In this document: in pieces, positions 11,176 to 20,884 of the stretch
Position numbering within the stretch: the first letter of the stretch is position 1
Layout of the letters: each line of letters opens with the position of its first letter
Assembly (NCBI GenBank): GCA_965204375.1
Contig: OZ241986.1
Coordinates: 608,001 to 672,000, forward strand
Length of the DNA stretch: 64,000 nt
From: Candidatus Latescibacterota bacterium
GTDB lineage: Bacteria; Latescibacterota; UBA2968
Direction of reading: 5' to 3'
Translations under genes and position numbers: made by a program
Notes under the pieces: model-generated
What the model was told of the DNA's origin: nothing
The model's input: the letters and a program-made list of their open reading frames with translations, nothing else
The model's database searches: none

Positions 11176-11817
11176 CGCGAGGGATGTAGTCCAATGACCG
11201 GAATCGCCGACAAAATTATGCAGAGGGTGTCCGTCCACGATAGCGGAAGGTGGGTATGCACGCCGAAGGATTTCCTGGACCTCGGCAGCCGCGAGGGCGT
11301 CGATCAGGCACTGTCGCGTCTCGTCAAGGCGGGACTGATGCGCCGGGTGGGCCATGGTCTGTACGACAGGCCGAGGATCAGCAATGTGCTGAATCGACCC
11401 GCGCCCGTCGATTTGGATGCGGTCATCGCAGCGTTGGCACGGCGGGATGGCGTGCGGATCATGCCGGATGGATTGGTGGCCGCGAATCAGCTGGGTCTCA
11501 CCAACGCCGTGCCCGCAAAGGTCAGCTACGTGACGGATGGCCACTCCAGAACTCTCAAGATCGACGGAAGAACCATCCGGTTCCGGCACGCGGGTCCGAG
11601 CGTCATGCGGTGGGCAGGAAGACCCGCAGCACCAGTGGTTCTGGCGTTGCGGTGGCTGGGCCCCCGCGCAGCAGCAGACGGAGAGATCGTCTCGGTGCTG
11701 AGTCGCCATCTTCCCGACGATGTGAAGCTCGATTTGTTGCACCACAGCCGCGATCTTCCCGGCTGGGCGTTGCCGCTGGCGCGCAGCATCGCGAGCGACC
11801 AGGACGTTGCCGTATGA
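11167..11817 (+). CDS. Type IV TA antitoxin AbiEi-like (DUF6088); start may be 11194
   Basis: DFLDLGSREGVDQALSRL, RRVGHGLY, ANQLGLTNAVP; overlaps toxin start. Confidence 0.85.
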   Translation: MSEREGCSPMTGIADKIMQRVSVHDSGRWVCTPKDFLDLGSREGVDQALSRLVKAGLMRRVGHGLYDRPRISNVLNRPAPVDLDAVIAALARRDGVRIMPDGLVAANQLGLTNAVPAKVSYVTDGHSRTLKIDGRTIRFRHAGPSVMRWAGRPAAPVVLALRWLGPRAAADGEIVSVLSRHLPDDVKLDLLHHSRDLPGWALPLARSIASDQDVAV

Positions 11818-12857
11818 CCAAGGGCTTTGAATCATACCTCGCCCTGCCGGAGCAGGACAGGCGGGATGTTCTTGAAGCGGCGGCAGCCCGCCTCGATACG
11901 TTGCCGAACTATGTGGAGAAGGACTTCTGGGTTTGCCTGGTTCTCGATGCTCTGTTCAATCGACGTCCTGAGGGGCATCCGAGGCTGCTTTTCAAGGGGG
12001 GGACGTCGCTGTCCAAGGCCTTCGGACTCATTGAGCGATTTTCCGAGGATATCGATCTCGTGGTGTTCCGCGATGGCCTTGGCTTCGAAGAGGAGCGCGA
12101 CCCGACCGTAGCTGGCCAGCTATCAAACAAGAAACGGACCGCGCTGTTCAAGGAACTCAGGGCGGCGTGCAGTGGATACATTCGTGGGGCTTTGCGGACC
12201 GCTTTGGCGAGTCGAATCGACGAGCTTTCAACTGGCTGTCAGGTCGTTCCGGATGAGGGCGATGTCGACGGCCAGACGCTCTTCATCGAGTATCCAACCC
12301 TCTTTTCAAGCGGAGACGTCACCTATGTGGCCCCGCGCGTGAAGATTGAGGCGGGAGCGAGGTCGGCGCTTGATCCCAGCCAGCACTGCACAGTCACCCC
12401 CTATATCGCGAATGAACTCCCTGACTGGTCGTTCACAGTGGCGGGCATTCGCGTGATCGCGCCCGAGCGAACCTATTGGGAGAAGTTGCTGATCTTGCAT
12501 GGCGCACATTGCGGATACCGGGACGTCGGGCGCCTGCCGGCTGACAAGGATCGCATTTCGCGTCACTACTACGATGTCGCAGTGATCACGGCGACGGAAG
12601 TCGGGAGATCGGCTTTGGTCGATACCGACCTGCTGGACGCGGTTCGGAACCACAACCTCGTCGCGTTCCGGCAGGCCTGGAAGCGGTTCGAAGAAGCGGT
12701 TCCAGGATCGGTGAGACTGGTTCCTCAAGCGGAACTGCGCAAGGTGATCGAACAAGATTACCGAGCCATGCAAGGCATGATTCTCGGTGAGGCCCCGGAC
12801 TTCGGGTGGGTCACGGATCAGCTTCGACAGGCCGAAGTAGCGATAAACGGAACTTGA
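11814..12857 (+). CDS. Type IV TA toxin, AbiEii/AbiGii nucleotidyltransferase
   Basis: VEKDFWV, FKGGTSLSK, RFSEDIDL, RHYYD; ATG at 11814 overlaps antitoxin stop. Confidence 0.92.
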   Translation: MTKGFESYLALPEQDRRDVLEAAAARLDTLPNYVEKDFWVCLVLDALFNRRPEGHPRLLFKGGTSLSKAFGLIERFSEDIDLVVFRDGLGFEEERDPTVAGQLSNKKRTALFKELRAACSGYIRGALRTALASRIDELSTGCQVVPDEGDVDGQTLFIEYPTLFSSGDVTYVAPRVKIEAGARSALDPSQHCTVTPYIANELPDWSFTVAGIRVIAPERTYWEKLLILHGAHCGYRDVGRLPADKDRISRHYYDVAVITATEVGRSALVDTDLLDAVRNHNLVAFRQAWKRFEEAVPGSVRLVPQAELRKVIEQDYRAMQGMILGEAPDFGWVTDQLRQAEVAINGT

Positions 12858-12938
12858 ACATGGCCACAGCCAGAGAAACTGGAAGCGGTCGTGAAGCATG
12901 TTCAATGGAAGAAGAAGCGGGTTTACAAGGAGAACAAT

Positions 12939-13958
12939 ATGACACCCATCAGGCTTGGTGTTGTTGGTCTTGGTCTTGGTCGATGGATGGTAGAAACTGT
13001 AAAGAAAATCGAGGGTGCCCACGTTGTGGCAGCTGCTGAGAATATGCCTGCTCGATTGGATGGTATGGGCGGTTATAGAGCCTATGAGAAGAAAAATGAT
13101 CTCAAACTTTACGAAGATGCAGACCAGATGATGGATGACGAATCGTTGGACGCGGTCGCACTTGCGGTGACGCCCAAACATCGCAGGGCGCTGATCGAAT
13201 CGGCTGGCAACAGGGGCATCCCAATGCTGATCGAGAAGCCCTGGGCAGGGACTGTCAAAAGTGGAAGAGAGTTGGTTGAATTGTGCAACAGTTTTGATTT
13301 GCCCTGTCAGGTCGAATTTCCGATTCGTTGTATGCCTGCAATGGTGCGGTTGCGAGAACTCCTGAAAGGCTCTCTCGGAAAAGGGTGGATGGCGAATGCC
13401 AATCTGATGATGGGTTGGTGTCCGCCTCCAGAATCAAAAAAACACTGGGATCCAGAAAACCACAATGGGCTTCTCAACGAGTGCTATGTACATCTTTTCG
13501 ATACGCTGGCATTTTTACTGGGCAAGCCCAAATCAGTATTCTCATTTGGGGGATCCTTCAGAGGCCGCCCAATGCCGGATGCGGCCGCAGCAGTCATTGA
13601 GTTTGAATCTGGGGCCTCCGCTTCGCTGACTTGTGGTGGCATTGGTGCTGCTTGTGCTGATGGCGGACATCTTTTGGATATCTGGACAGAGAACGGACTG
13701 GCACGCATAACTGGCACGCAATGGCTACCAGATACGCTGGAATGGGCCTTAAGGGAGGCCAACGAATCTACAGTCGAGACGTTTCATGCGCCTGAGCGAA
13801 TGACCCTGATGGAGTACAATATGCGTGCATTTTTCAACGCGGTCCGAAGTGGTGCCCCTGTAGCTGCAACACCAGAAGACGGATTGATTGCAACAGCCAT
13901 CGCTATGGCTATTCAGGAATCTATTGTTACGGGGAATCGCGTTGTGGTAGAATGTTAG
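12939..13958 (+). CDS. Gfo/Idh/MocA oxidoreductase
   Basis: GVVGLG Rossmann start, IEKP motif, RBS AAGGAG before ATG 12939. Confidence 0.88.
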   Translation: MTPIRLGVVGLGLGRWMVETVKKIEGAHVVAAAENMPARLDGMGGYRAYEKKNDLKLYEDADQMMDDESLDAVALAVTPKHRRALIESAGNRGIPMLIEKPWAGTVKSGRELVELCNSFDLPCQVEFPIRCMPAMVRLRELLKGSLGKGWMANANLMMGWCPPPESKKHWDPENHNGLLNECYVHLFDTLAFLLGKPKSVFSFGGSFRGRPMPDAAAAVIEFESGASASLTCGGIGAACADGGHLLDIWTENGLARITGTQWLPDTLEWALREANESTVETFHAPERMTLMEYNMRAFFNAVRSGAPVAATPEDGLIATAIAMAIQESIVTGNRVVVEC

Positions 13959-13998
13959 GCAAACAGGCAAATCGGAAAGGGGTACCGATCAGTCCGCT

Positions 13999-14886
13999 CT
14001 AACCCAGATCCGGTATCCGCCAGTTGGCATACCAGCGGGAGTCTTCTGGGGGTGCTTCGTCTCCACTCTGCATAGAAGCAAAATTTTTCATCCGGGGGCG
14101 GATCTCCTCTTCCCAGATACGCTCAATCTGCCCGTAGGTCAGCGGGGTGTGGTCGGGTTTTAACTGCTCGTATTCCGTTAGAAGTTCTTTTGCTTTTTCC
14201 GAGATATGTGCCGCTGTATCAGCCACCATTTCTTCTCCCGCTCGCCGGCTGGATGTATCCACGTAATCGCCCTGGGCGAAATGAGGGCCCGGCTCGTCCG
14301 GTCCGGGAAGGCGGGAGAGATCTACGCAGTCTGGAGCCACAGCCCACAGCAGCGATGTTTCGCCTCTTCCCGCGTGGCCTCCCATGCCCCGGTCGTCTTT
14401 GAACCGGGATTCCCCTGTGCCCATACTCATAACAGAATAGAGTCGGACGGAGACGTGCTGCTGGAGGATTTCCAGTACAACGGGTACGTCCAGGCGGTGT
14501 GGTCCCGAATGTCCCGAGAAGAGCACGGCTACGTGGAATCCCAGGGCATCGACGGCACGGATGTGATAGCAGAGATTTTTCAAAAAGATCCACGGAGGTA
14601 CCGCTGTAAGCCAGGGGCGAACATTACCCACTCGTTCGTGTGCCCAGGTCCCGTAGCCTCCGGATTCGTGGCAGTGCCAGTATTCAGGAGGTGCTACAAT
14701 GCCACCGAAGGACCGGGCGGCCTGGCACACCACCCCGTGTGCCCGCAGCGCGTCCAGGCCCAAGGCGTTCACCGGCCCGTGGGGTTCACACAGGCCATAG
14801 GGCAAATACACCACGGGACAATCCTCAAAAGCGGCTTCCAATTCATCGGGAAACATGCGTTCCCAGCGGACTTCTTTGCGTTCCAT
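13999..14886 (-). CDS. Creatininase family protein
   Basis: LPYGLCEPHG...LGLD, SGH, GHAGRGETS. Confidence 0.85.
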   Translation of the reverse strand: MERKEVRWERMFPDELEAAFEDCPVVYLPYGLCEPHGPVNALGLDALRAHGVVCQAARSFGGIVAPPEYWHCHESGGYGTWAHERVGNVRPWLTAVPPWIFLKNLCYHIRAVDALGFHVAVLFSGHSGPHRLDVPVVLEILQQHVSVRLYSVMSMGTGESRFKDDRGMGGHAGRGETSLLWAVAPDCVDLSRLPGPDEPGPHFAQGDYVDTSSRRAGEEMVADTAAHISEKAKELLTEYEQLKPDHTPLTYGQIERIWEEEIRPRMKNFASMQSGDEAPPEDSRWYANWRIPDLG

Positions 14887-14902
14887 GGTTCAGGCTCCTT
14901 AT

Positions 14903-16268
14903 CAGATAGCCCGTAAAACCCATCGGCTTTAGCGATGGGATAAAAGGGCTTACGAATCCCTGCTTTCGCAGGGACATGCTTATGGGGTAGTGCTTTAGCG
15001 TTGGGGCACAATCATCAAGGGATTGTGGGCGGTGAGTCATTGTGATTCGTCCGATAGTTCCACGAAAAATGGGTTGACAAAATATGCTCATAAATGTATA
15101 TTTTTATTATGTTTAAGTCCTTCAAATACAGATTGCGCCCGACGAAAAAACAGGAGAAAATCCTGACGGCGCATAGTGAAGAATGTCGCTTGCTGTACAA
15201 CCAGCTTCTTTGTGTGAGAGTACAAGCATGGCAGCAAAAGCATCAGTCTTTGTCCTGCTATGACCAGATAAAAACTATTCCATTGATGAAGAAACAACGA
15301 CCTGAATTTACGCAAGTGTATAGTCAGGTCTTGCAACAGGTCGCGGTACGGGTTGATCTTGCATTCAAGGCGTTCTTTCGTCGTGTCAAAGAGCGGGCAA
15401 AGACGGGTGAGAAAGCTGGCTTTCCCAGATACAAAGGTCAGAATCGTTATGATTCTATCACCTATCCTCAGTTTTCCAACGGATGCCGATTGGACGATAA
15501 GGGCTTGCGATTAGGCAAAATAGGCTGTATTCGGATTGTCCAGCACAGACCCCTTGAGGGTATGCCTAAGTCTTGCACGCTCAGGCGCACTGCTACTGGC
15601 AAGTGGTTTGTTACTATCTCTTGTGATATAGGCGACGCCCCTGAAAAAATAGACGATGGCCCCGCCGTTGGCATTGACGTGGGACTTGATAATTTTGCTA
15701 TGTTTTCTGATAGAGAAAAGATCGCTAATCCTCGCTTTTTTCGTAAAGAGGAAAAGGCACTTGCAAAAGCACAGCGCAAGTGGGACAAAGTAAAAAAAGC
15801 GTCGCCAAAGAAACGAGAGAAAGCACGTAAGACTGTTGCCAGAGTGCACGAGCGTATCCGTAATAGACGACATAATTTTGTGCATCAAGAAGCTCGAAAA
15901 GTCGTCAATAAGTATGGCTTTGTTGCAACAGAAAAGTTAGACGCCAAAAAGATGCAAAAGAATCGTCGCTTGTCAAAAAGCATCTCAGACGCAGCGTGGT
16001 TCCTGTTTCGGCATTGTCTCGAATACAAAGCGGAGGAAGCTGGTATTGGATTCAAGCCTGTTGATCCTGAATACACGTCACAAGATTGCTCTTCTTGTGG
16101 ACATAGACAGAAGAAAGCCCTCTCTGATCGTGTGCATCATTGCAAAAAGTGTGGCTATACCACTGACAGAGACCACAATGCTGCGATAAACATATTGACT
16201 TTGGGATTACAAAGTCAGGTGGTTTGACCGCCAAGAAGCCCAACTGCTCTATCGTTGGGAGTAATCAC
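14903..16268 (+). mobile_element. IS200/IS605-family element with tnpB and no intact tnpA
   Basis: Left hairpin CCCATCG-GCTTTAG-CGATGGG (14919-14939); right end GAAGCCCAACT...GTTGGGAGTAATCAC ending in TCAC at 16268; left boundary inferred. Confidence 0.8.
15109..16227 (+). CDS. tnpB: TnpB RNA-guided endonuclease
   Basis: FKYRLRPT, RuvC GIDVG and ATEKL, zinc ribbon CSSCG/CKKCG, DRDHNAAINI; TTGACA-17-TATATT promoter at 15074-15102. Confidence 0.95.
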   Translation: MFKSFKYRLRPTKKQEKILTAHSEECRLLYNQLLCVRVQAWQQKHQSLSCYDQIKTIPLMKKQRPEFTQVYSQVLQQVAVRVDLAFKAFFRRVKERAKTGEKAGFPRYKGQNRYDSITYPQFSNGCRLDDKGLRLGKIGCIRIVQHRPLEGMPKSCTLRRTATGKWFVTISCDIGDAPEKIDDGPAVGIDVGLDNFAMFSDREKIANPRFFRKEEKALAKAQRKWDKVKKASPKKREKARKTVARVHERIRNRRHNFVHQEARKVVNKYGFVATEKLDAKKMQKNRRLSKSISDAAWFLFRHCLEYKAEEAGIGFKPVDPEYTSQDCSSCGHRQKKALSDRVHHCKKCGYTTDRDHNAAINILTLGLQSQVV

Positions 16269-16349
16269 GTTGATCGCATTGTGCGATATTTCAAAAATCT
16301 CCGAATTATCTCATACCTGCTCTAAATAGCTCGTTCCTGGATGACCGAT

Positions 16350-16664
16350 CTATTGTGATACGAGCATTTTGGCAAGTTCGGATTTGGTGACCCCAAGCGC
16401 GAAGAGGGATCGAATTAATAGATCTACAGAAACAGAGGGATCGCCCGCTTCGATTTTGGCAACACGAGATTGACTGGATTTGAGGGATTCGGCCAGTTGT
16501 GTTTGGGTCAAATTTTCTCGCTCACGGCATTGACGCACTTTCTTGCTCAACGTGATTTTGAGGTCAATGTAAGCGGCTTCTTCGTCGGTCAGGCCCAGAA
16601 AATCGTCTGTTGAACCCACACGCCATCCGGCAGCCTCGAGAAGTTTTTTCTTTTTTGTATTCAT
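16350..16664 (-). CDS. XRE-family HTH antitoxin (HigA-like)
   Basis: LTQTQLAESLKSSQSRVAKIEAGDPSVSVDLL. Confidence 0.85.
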   Translation of the reverse strand: MNTKKKKLLEAAGWRVGSTDDFLGLTDEEAAYIDLKITLSKKVRQCRERENLTQTQLAESLKSSQSRVAKIEAGDPSVSVDLLIRSLFALGVTKSELAKMLVSQ

Positions 16665-16672
16665 GAGTCATC

Positions 16673-16750
16673 CTATCTCGCCGATGGAGAAAATGGAGGT
16701 GTCTTGATTTGTCCGTGAAGCCATACCAGAGGTTTGTCAGAAGGACTCAT
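16673..16750 (-). pseudogene. Truncated RelE/HigB (Gp49-like) toxin
   Basis: Manual translation MSPSDKPLVWLHGQIKTPPFSPSAR*, resembling the N-terminus of that family, directly upstream of the antitoxin. Confidence 0.7.
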
Positions 16751-16757
16751 ATAAAAA

Positions 16758-16781
16758 ATATATGTCAAATATGACATATAT
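16758..16781. promoter_or_regulatory. Palindromic TA operator ATATATGTCA-N4-TGACATATAT
   Basis: Perfect 10-bp inverted repeat just upstream of the toxin start. Confidence 0.65.
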
Positions 16782-16880
16782 CAAAGGCTATTATCTTGAA
16801 GGGGACTTGACCCGATTTGATATATAACATTTCAATCCCACCTTTTATGGACGCTGATAAACTGCTATCGTTTATACCTC

Positions 16881-16955
16881 TGCTCGCTTCGAGTATAAAC
16901 AAAAGCCCGTCAACCACCACCGATTGACGGGCTTTCTTTTACAATGAAACAGAAG
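16881..16955. repeat. Dispersed hairpin repeat (AAAGCCCGTC...TTGACGGGCTTT), terminator-like
   Basis: Related copies at 44533-44603 and 53586-53640; partial copies near 36143 and 52612. Confidence 0.75.
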
Positions 16956-17002
16956 ATGCGTTCTCCCCTTTTGGTTCTGGATCGCGGCTAAATTTAATCG
17001 CA

Positions 17003-17899
17003 TTACTCATCTAACAGATCCCGAAATGCCTCCAGGCTGGGTACCTGGACCGCCGCGCGATGCAACTGTTTGAGGCGTTGCAAATCGTCAATAGCGTCAA
17101 TGCGAGCAGACAAGGGGTCAGTCTCGTGGAGATCAAATCGAATCTCTAACACTTCGAGGATATTTTCGAATGTGCTTTTTCTTTCTCCCTGCTCAAAACT
17201 TTCCTCTCTGCTTTGTTGGGTAAGGGATTGAAAAAGTGATGATTCGCGGATCAGATCCATGATACCCTCCTTAAAAATAATATTAGAAATCGTTTCAGAT
17301 TCATATACCAACTCGCTCAATGCCACCATGCCAGCCAGATAATCCGCCCTATATGATCGAGCGATAGGGCGCGTCCGAGCCGTGTGAATACACTGTTGCA
17401 ACCACACATCCGAGGTCATCCCTTCAGGTGGCTTCATCAAAGGTGTGAAGGGAATCAGACCCGATTGCTCCGATTCGAGGACGCGCTCGCCTTCTATCTC
17501 AATCAGTCTGATCATCCTATAATGAATCGCTATTGGGTAGCCGAGACGCTCCTGGATATAGTACCCAGGATCGCGCTGCCCAGCATTGGGGCGCAGGTAG
17601 ATCACATTGGAAAAGATCGGCAGGCCGTGTTGCCGAATAGCATGTCCAATATAGCCTGCCATGCGGCGCGGCATAGGCGGATTGGTGCTGTCAGTCGTTT
17701 GAAACTCGTTGTGAACCAATACTTCTTCTTCATCGATACGCACGCGAATCAGGCTATCGGTTTGGTGTGCTTCAACTGTGAGTTGCTCTGTGTCAATAAC
17801 TGCAAGAACTTCAACGTCCTCGCGTCCGAGTGTAAAGCCGGCAAAGTCGTTGGGATATTTCTGAATGAGGTGTTTAGAAATCGTATCAAATTCTGCCAT
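17003..17899 (-). CDS. Rpn-family recombination-promoting nuclease/putative transposase
   Basis: FDTISKHL, TDSLI, HNEFQT, MPRRMAGY, LKQLHRAAV C-terminus. Confidence 0.8.
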   Translation of the reverse strand: MAEFDTISKHLIQKYPNDFAGFTLGREDVEVLAVIDTEQLTVEAHQTDSLIRVRIDEEEVLVHNEFQTTDSTNPPMPRRMAGYIGHAIRQHGLPIFSNVIYLRPNAGQRDPGYYIQERLGYPIAIHYRMIRLIEIEGERVLESEQSGLIPFTPLMKPPEGMTSDVWLQQCIHTARTRPIARSYRADYLAGMVALSELVYESETISNIIFKEGIMDLIRESSLFQSLTQQSREESFEQGERKSTFENILEVLEIRFDLHETDPLSARIDAIDDLQRLKQLHRAAVQVPSLEAFRDLLDE

Positions 17900-18211
17900 G
17901 TAAGATGCCTGGTCTGAGAGTTGGTCATATTTTGGACAAACGCAACAGTCAGAACTCAAGCAAATATCAGGCCAATATCACAAAATTGAGCGATAAAAGG
18001 GGCTTGTCAGAAACTCAGATATCTCATTATGCCTTTAATATGCTGTATTGTGTTCTTGTTCACAAATTGAATTTGTGGATTGTCTGTTGAAGCGGAGATG
18101 GAGGAGGACAAGCATTGGCGGCAATAGTGTATATTTTGATTGATGGATGAGCTGTATTGTGAAAAAGTTGATCGCTTTTTTTAAAAAACAAAAGGCCGTA
18201 AGTGTTGCTCT

Positions 18212-18785
18212 GTGGGAGCAAAAACTCAAGACCTTGAGGAATTATATAATGAAGCCACACCAGAGGAACGGAAAGATCAGTTAAGACTGCATATCAACCA
18301 CCTGATCTATACCCCTGATGGGATTCAACTCGCCTTATTTGATCCCGGTAACGAAGCAAATAGGACCAAAGTTCAGCGAGACGGCACATCTGGCTCCCCA
18401 ACAGTTCCACCCACTGAACTTTTTACTGTACGGGATCACTTTCCCATCCATCATATCCGCAGGAATAAGAAGCCCATTATCGCAATTGGACATAAGCCCC
18501 AAGAAAAATTGGTTACTCAAAAGCTGCAACATCCCAATTATCTCAAAAAAGCCCTGTATTATCACGAGCTTCTTGAAAAGGGACATGTCCAATCTCAGAC
18601 CGCACTTGCCAGATAGGTGGGCATTTCGAGAACCAAAACCCGATTGATTCTAAAGTTGCTCAAACTAGATAAAGAAATTAAAGATTTTATCTTGAGAATA
18701 GATGACTCAGACCCCAAACTGGATTTTCTATCTGTCTATCGGTTGCAGCCGTTACTTCAGGTTAAAAGCAAGGAGAGGCAAAGAT
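18212..18785 (+). pseudogene. Probable large serine recombinase C-terminal remnant followed by an HTH ORF with an in-frame stop
   Basis: ATPEERKDQLRLHINHLIYTPDGI...GSP, then KALYYHELLEKG...ALAR*VGISR (TAG at 18614 where the 44.8 kb copy has CAG); cut by a MITE at ~18786. Confidence 0.55.
18369..18785 (+). repeat. ~415 bp direct repeat, copy 1 (copy 2 at ~44607-45020)
   Basis: Starts AAGTTCAGCGAGA-N-TGGCTCCCCAAC; visibly high identity between copies. Confidence 0.9.
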
Positions 18786-18860
18786 CTGTAAGCCCTGTGT
18801 TTAGTTACACCGAGACAGAATTCGGAATTCGGCAACAGCATCCAAAACGGGTCAAGTCCA
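18786..18860. mobile_element. Partial MITE-A plus IS3-like terminal repeat
   Basis: GAATTCGGCAACAGCATC-CAAAAC-GGGTCAAGTCCA. Confidence 0.7.
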
Positions 18861-18864
18861 GAGG

Positions 18865-19509
18865 CTATAGAAGTGCAAGGAAACCGAATAGAAGTGCGAA
18901 TAGAAGCGCGAGAAAGCCAATAAAGCTCAATACGAAGCCTCTATCCGAGGGCTTTCTTTTTTTCAAACGAAATCTACGGTAATAGTTCTCGGTTTTTCTC
19001 CGAAGTTCGCCTAACTGGTTCTGTGTCTTTTTCCATTCTTCTTCGCATTGTTTAGCTAAGTCTTTAACATGAGACTGCATATATCCATCAGCTATGAGTG
19101 CCAAAATTGATACCCCCACACAGACTCCGAGACAAATAGCGTATCCATTCCACTTTTTTAGCCCAAAGTCTCCTTTTAGGACACCTCGTAAATATTCCGA
19201 AGGAGTTTTATTTTCTTTAAAGTCAAGAGAAGCAACCTTTGAAATCCCAGTAAGTGCCTTCTTGCCTAAAGCCTCTCCGATCTGTTCATTGGGAAGATGG
19301 ACCAACTGTTCATCTCCACCCTGCTGAGTAAGCTGATCAAGGCTATTCTGAAAAAGTTGATCAAATCTCTGTTTAAGGTCTTGAATATTACCTATAATTT
19401 CGTTCTTTTGCATTTTGACTGTCAATTGTACAACATCATCAAAGTCATCAGGCGACCGCCTCCCAAAAAGCGCATAAAGAAAATTCTTGATTTTAAATTG
19501 TCCTGCAAC
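18865..19509 (-). pseudogene. Membrane/coiled-coil hypothetical protein, 5'-truncated by IS256
   Basis: Frame stays open (VAGQFKIKNFLY...) up to the IS256 end at 19510; two hydrophobic segments. Confidence 0.55.
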
Positions 19510-19557
19510 GAGATATTGTCAAATGTTGTGGATGGGTTTAGAACGCATCCTTTATGA

Positions 19558-20796
19558 TTATGCAGCGATTTTGCGTTCACCATCTACGAATTTCACCCCG
19601 TCAATGACGAGGGGTATGAGCTTGTAACCGCGTAATCTGACCCATGTTTTTTCAGCTTCAAGAGCCAGTTTATACACCATCGCCATTGTGGCTTTGACCG
19701 ATCCGCAGCCTTTTGTCTGCCTCGTGCGATGCCTGACGGTAGCAAAAGTCGATTCAATCGGGTTGGTGGTGCGTAAATGGATCCAGTGTTTGGCAGGAAA
19801 ATCATAAAAGGTGAAGAGCACCTCAAAATCTTTGGTGAGGCAGTCACAGGCTTTTTCATAGCGATCCTGATACAGACTCAAGAAGTGGTCATAGACCTTG
19901 TGCGCGGCCTCTTTTGTCGGCGACTGATACATATCTTGAAGGAGTCTCTTGGCATCCGGCTGCACAGATTTGGGTAGCTTATCCAACACATTAGCACTCT
20001 TATGCACCCAGCAGCGCTGATGTTTCGTGGCAGGGAATGTCTCTTCCAATGCGTGCCAGAAGCCCATTGCGCCATCGCCTATGGCAAGCGCAGGGGCTTG
20101 GCTCAACCCGCGTGCTTTGACATCCTGTAAGAGGGTCTGCCAAGATAAGGTGCTCTCACGCTGTCCCTGCTCTATGGCAAGGACTTCCTTTTTACCTTCT
20201 GCTGTGGCACCAATGAGCACGAGAACACAGGGACGGTCATCAGATAGGCGTACGTTAAAATAGATACCGTCTGCCCAGATATAGACATAGGCTTTATCGT
20301 GCAAGTCGCGCTTTTGCCATTGTTTATACTCATCTTCCCAAATACGCTTTAAGCGCGTGATATTGGCCGGAGAAAGCCCTGGTGCGCCTTTGCCTAAGAT
20401 CGCTTCGAGTGCCTGGGGAAAGGCTGAGGTAGAGACCCCTTTCAGATACAGTGTGGGGATCAATGTATCAATGCTCGGACTGCGACGGGCATATTTAGGC
20501 AGGATCGCACTGGTGAAGTGCTCCCCGTCTCGACGATCGTGAACGCGGGGTTGTTTGACGGGTATTTTACCAATACCAGTGGTGACTTCTCGGGCAGGAT
20601 GATACCCATTTTTGACCACCTCACGATGACCCTTTTCATCCACCTGATCAGCAAATCGGGCTATGTATTCATTCACTTCATACCGCAAGGCGGCACATAA
20701 CATCTTACGCGCACCATTTCTTATGACTTCTTCGAGGCTCTCGGCCAGTGTATCTTGCACTATGCTTTCCACTTCAAATGGGGTATATTCTTTCAC
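19558..20796 (-). CDS. IS256 (Mutator) family transposase
   Basis: NGYHPAR, LYLKGVST, WADGIY, IGDGAMGF, QRCWVH, RTTNPIES. Confidence 0.95.
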   Translation of the reverse strand: MKEYTPFEVESIVQDTLAESLEEVIRNGARKMLCAALRYEVNEYIARFADQVDEKGHREVVKNGYHPAREVTTGIGKIPVKQPRVHDRRDGEHFTSAILPKYARRSPSIDTLIPTLYLKGVSTSAFPQALEAILGKGAPGLSPANITRLKRIWEDEYKQWQKRDLHDKAYVYIWADGIYFNVRLSDDRPCVLVLIGATAEGKKEVLAIEQGQRESTLSWQTLLQDVKARGLSQAPALAIGDGAMGFWHALEETFPATKHQRCWVHKSANVLDKLPKSVQPDAKRLLQDMYQSPTKEAAHKVYDHFLSLYQDRYEKACDCLTKDFEVLFTFYDFPAKHWIHLRTTNPIESTFATVRHRTRQTKGCGSVKATMAMVYKLALEAEKTWVRLRGYKLIPLVIDGVKFVDGERKIAA

Positions 20797-20884
20797 GAGC
20801 GTGTCCTTTCTCCCTCCTGGAGGGATTTTAGGTTTTTGTGATACTATAGGATACGCTCTTTTCTTTTACTCATCCACAACTTTT

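Noticed and set aside
11250-11813. Long N-terminal extension of the AbiEii ORF
   Set aside because: Overlaps the antitoxin in another frame; ATG 11814 fits coupled translation
18391-18399. TGGCTCCCC as the 3' end of a minus-strand tRNA (also at ~44629)
   Set aside because: No T-arm or cloverleaf in the adjacent sequence; treated as att-like only
18866-18925. Short imperfect tandem repeats ATAGAAGTGC
   Set aside because: Correspond to the Leu/Phe/Ala-rich C-terminal helix of the minus-strand ORF
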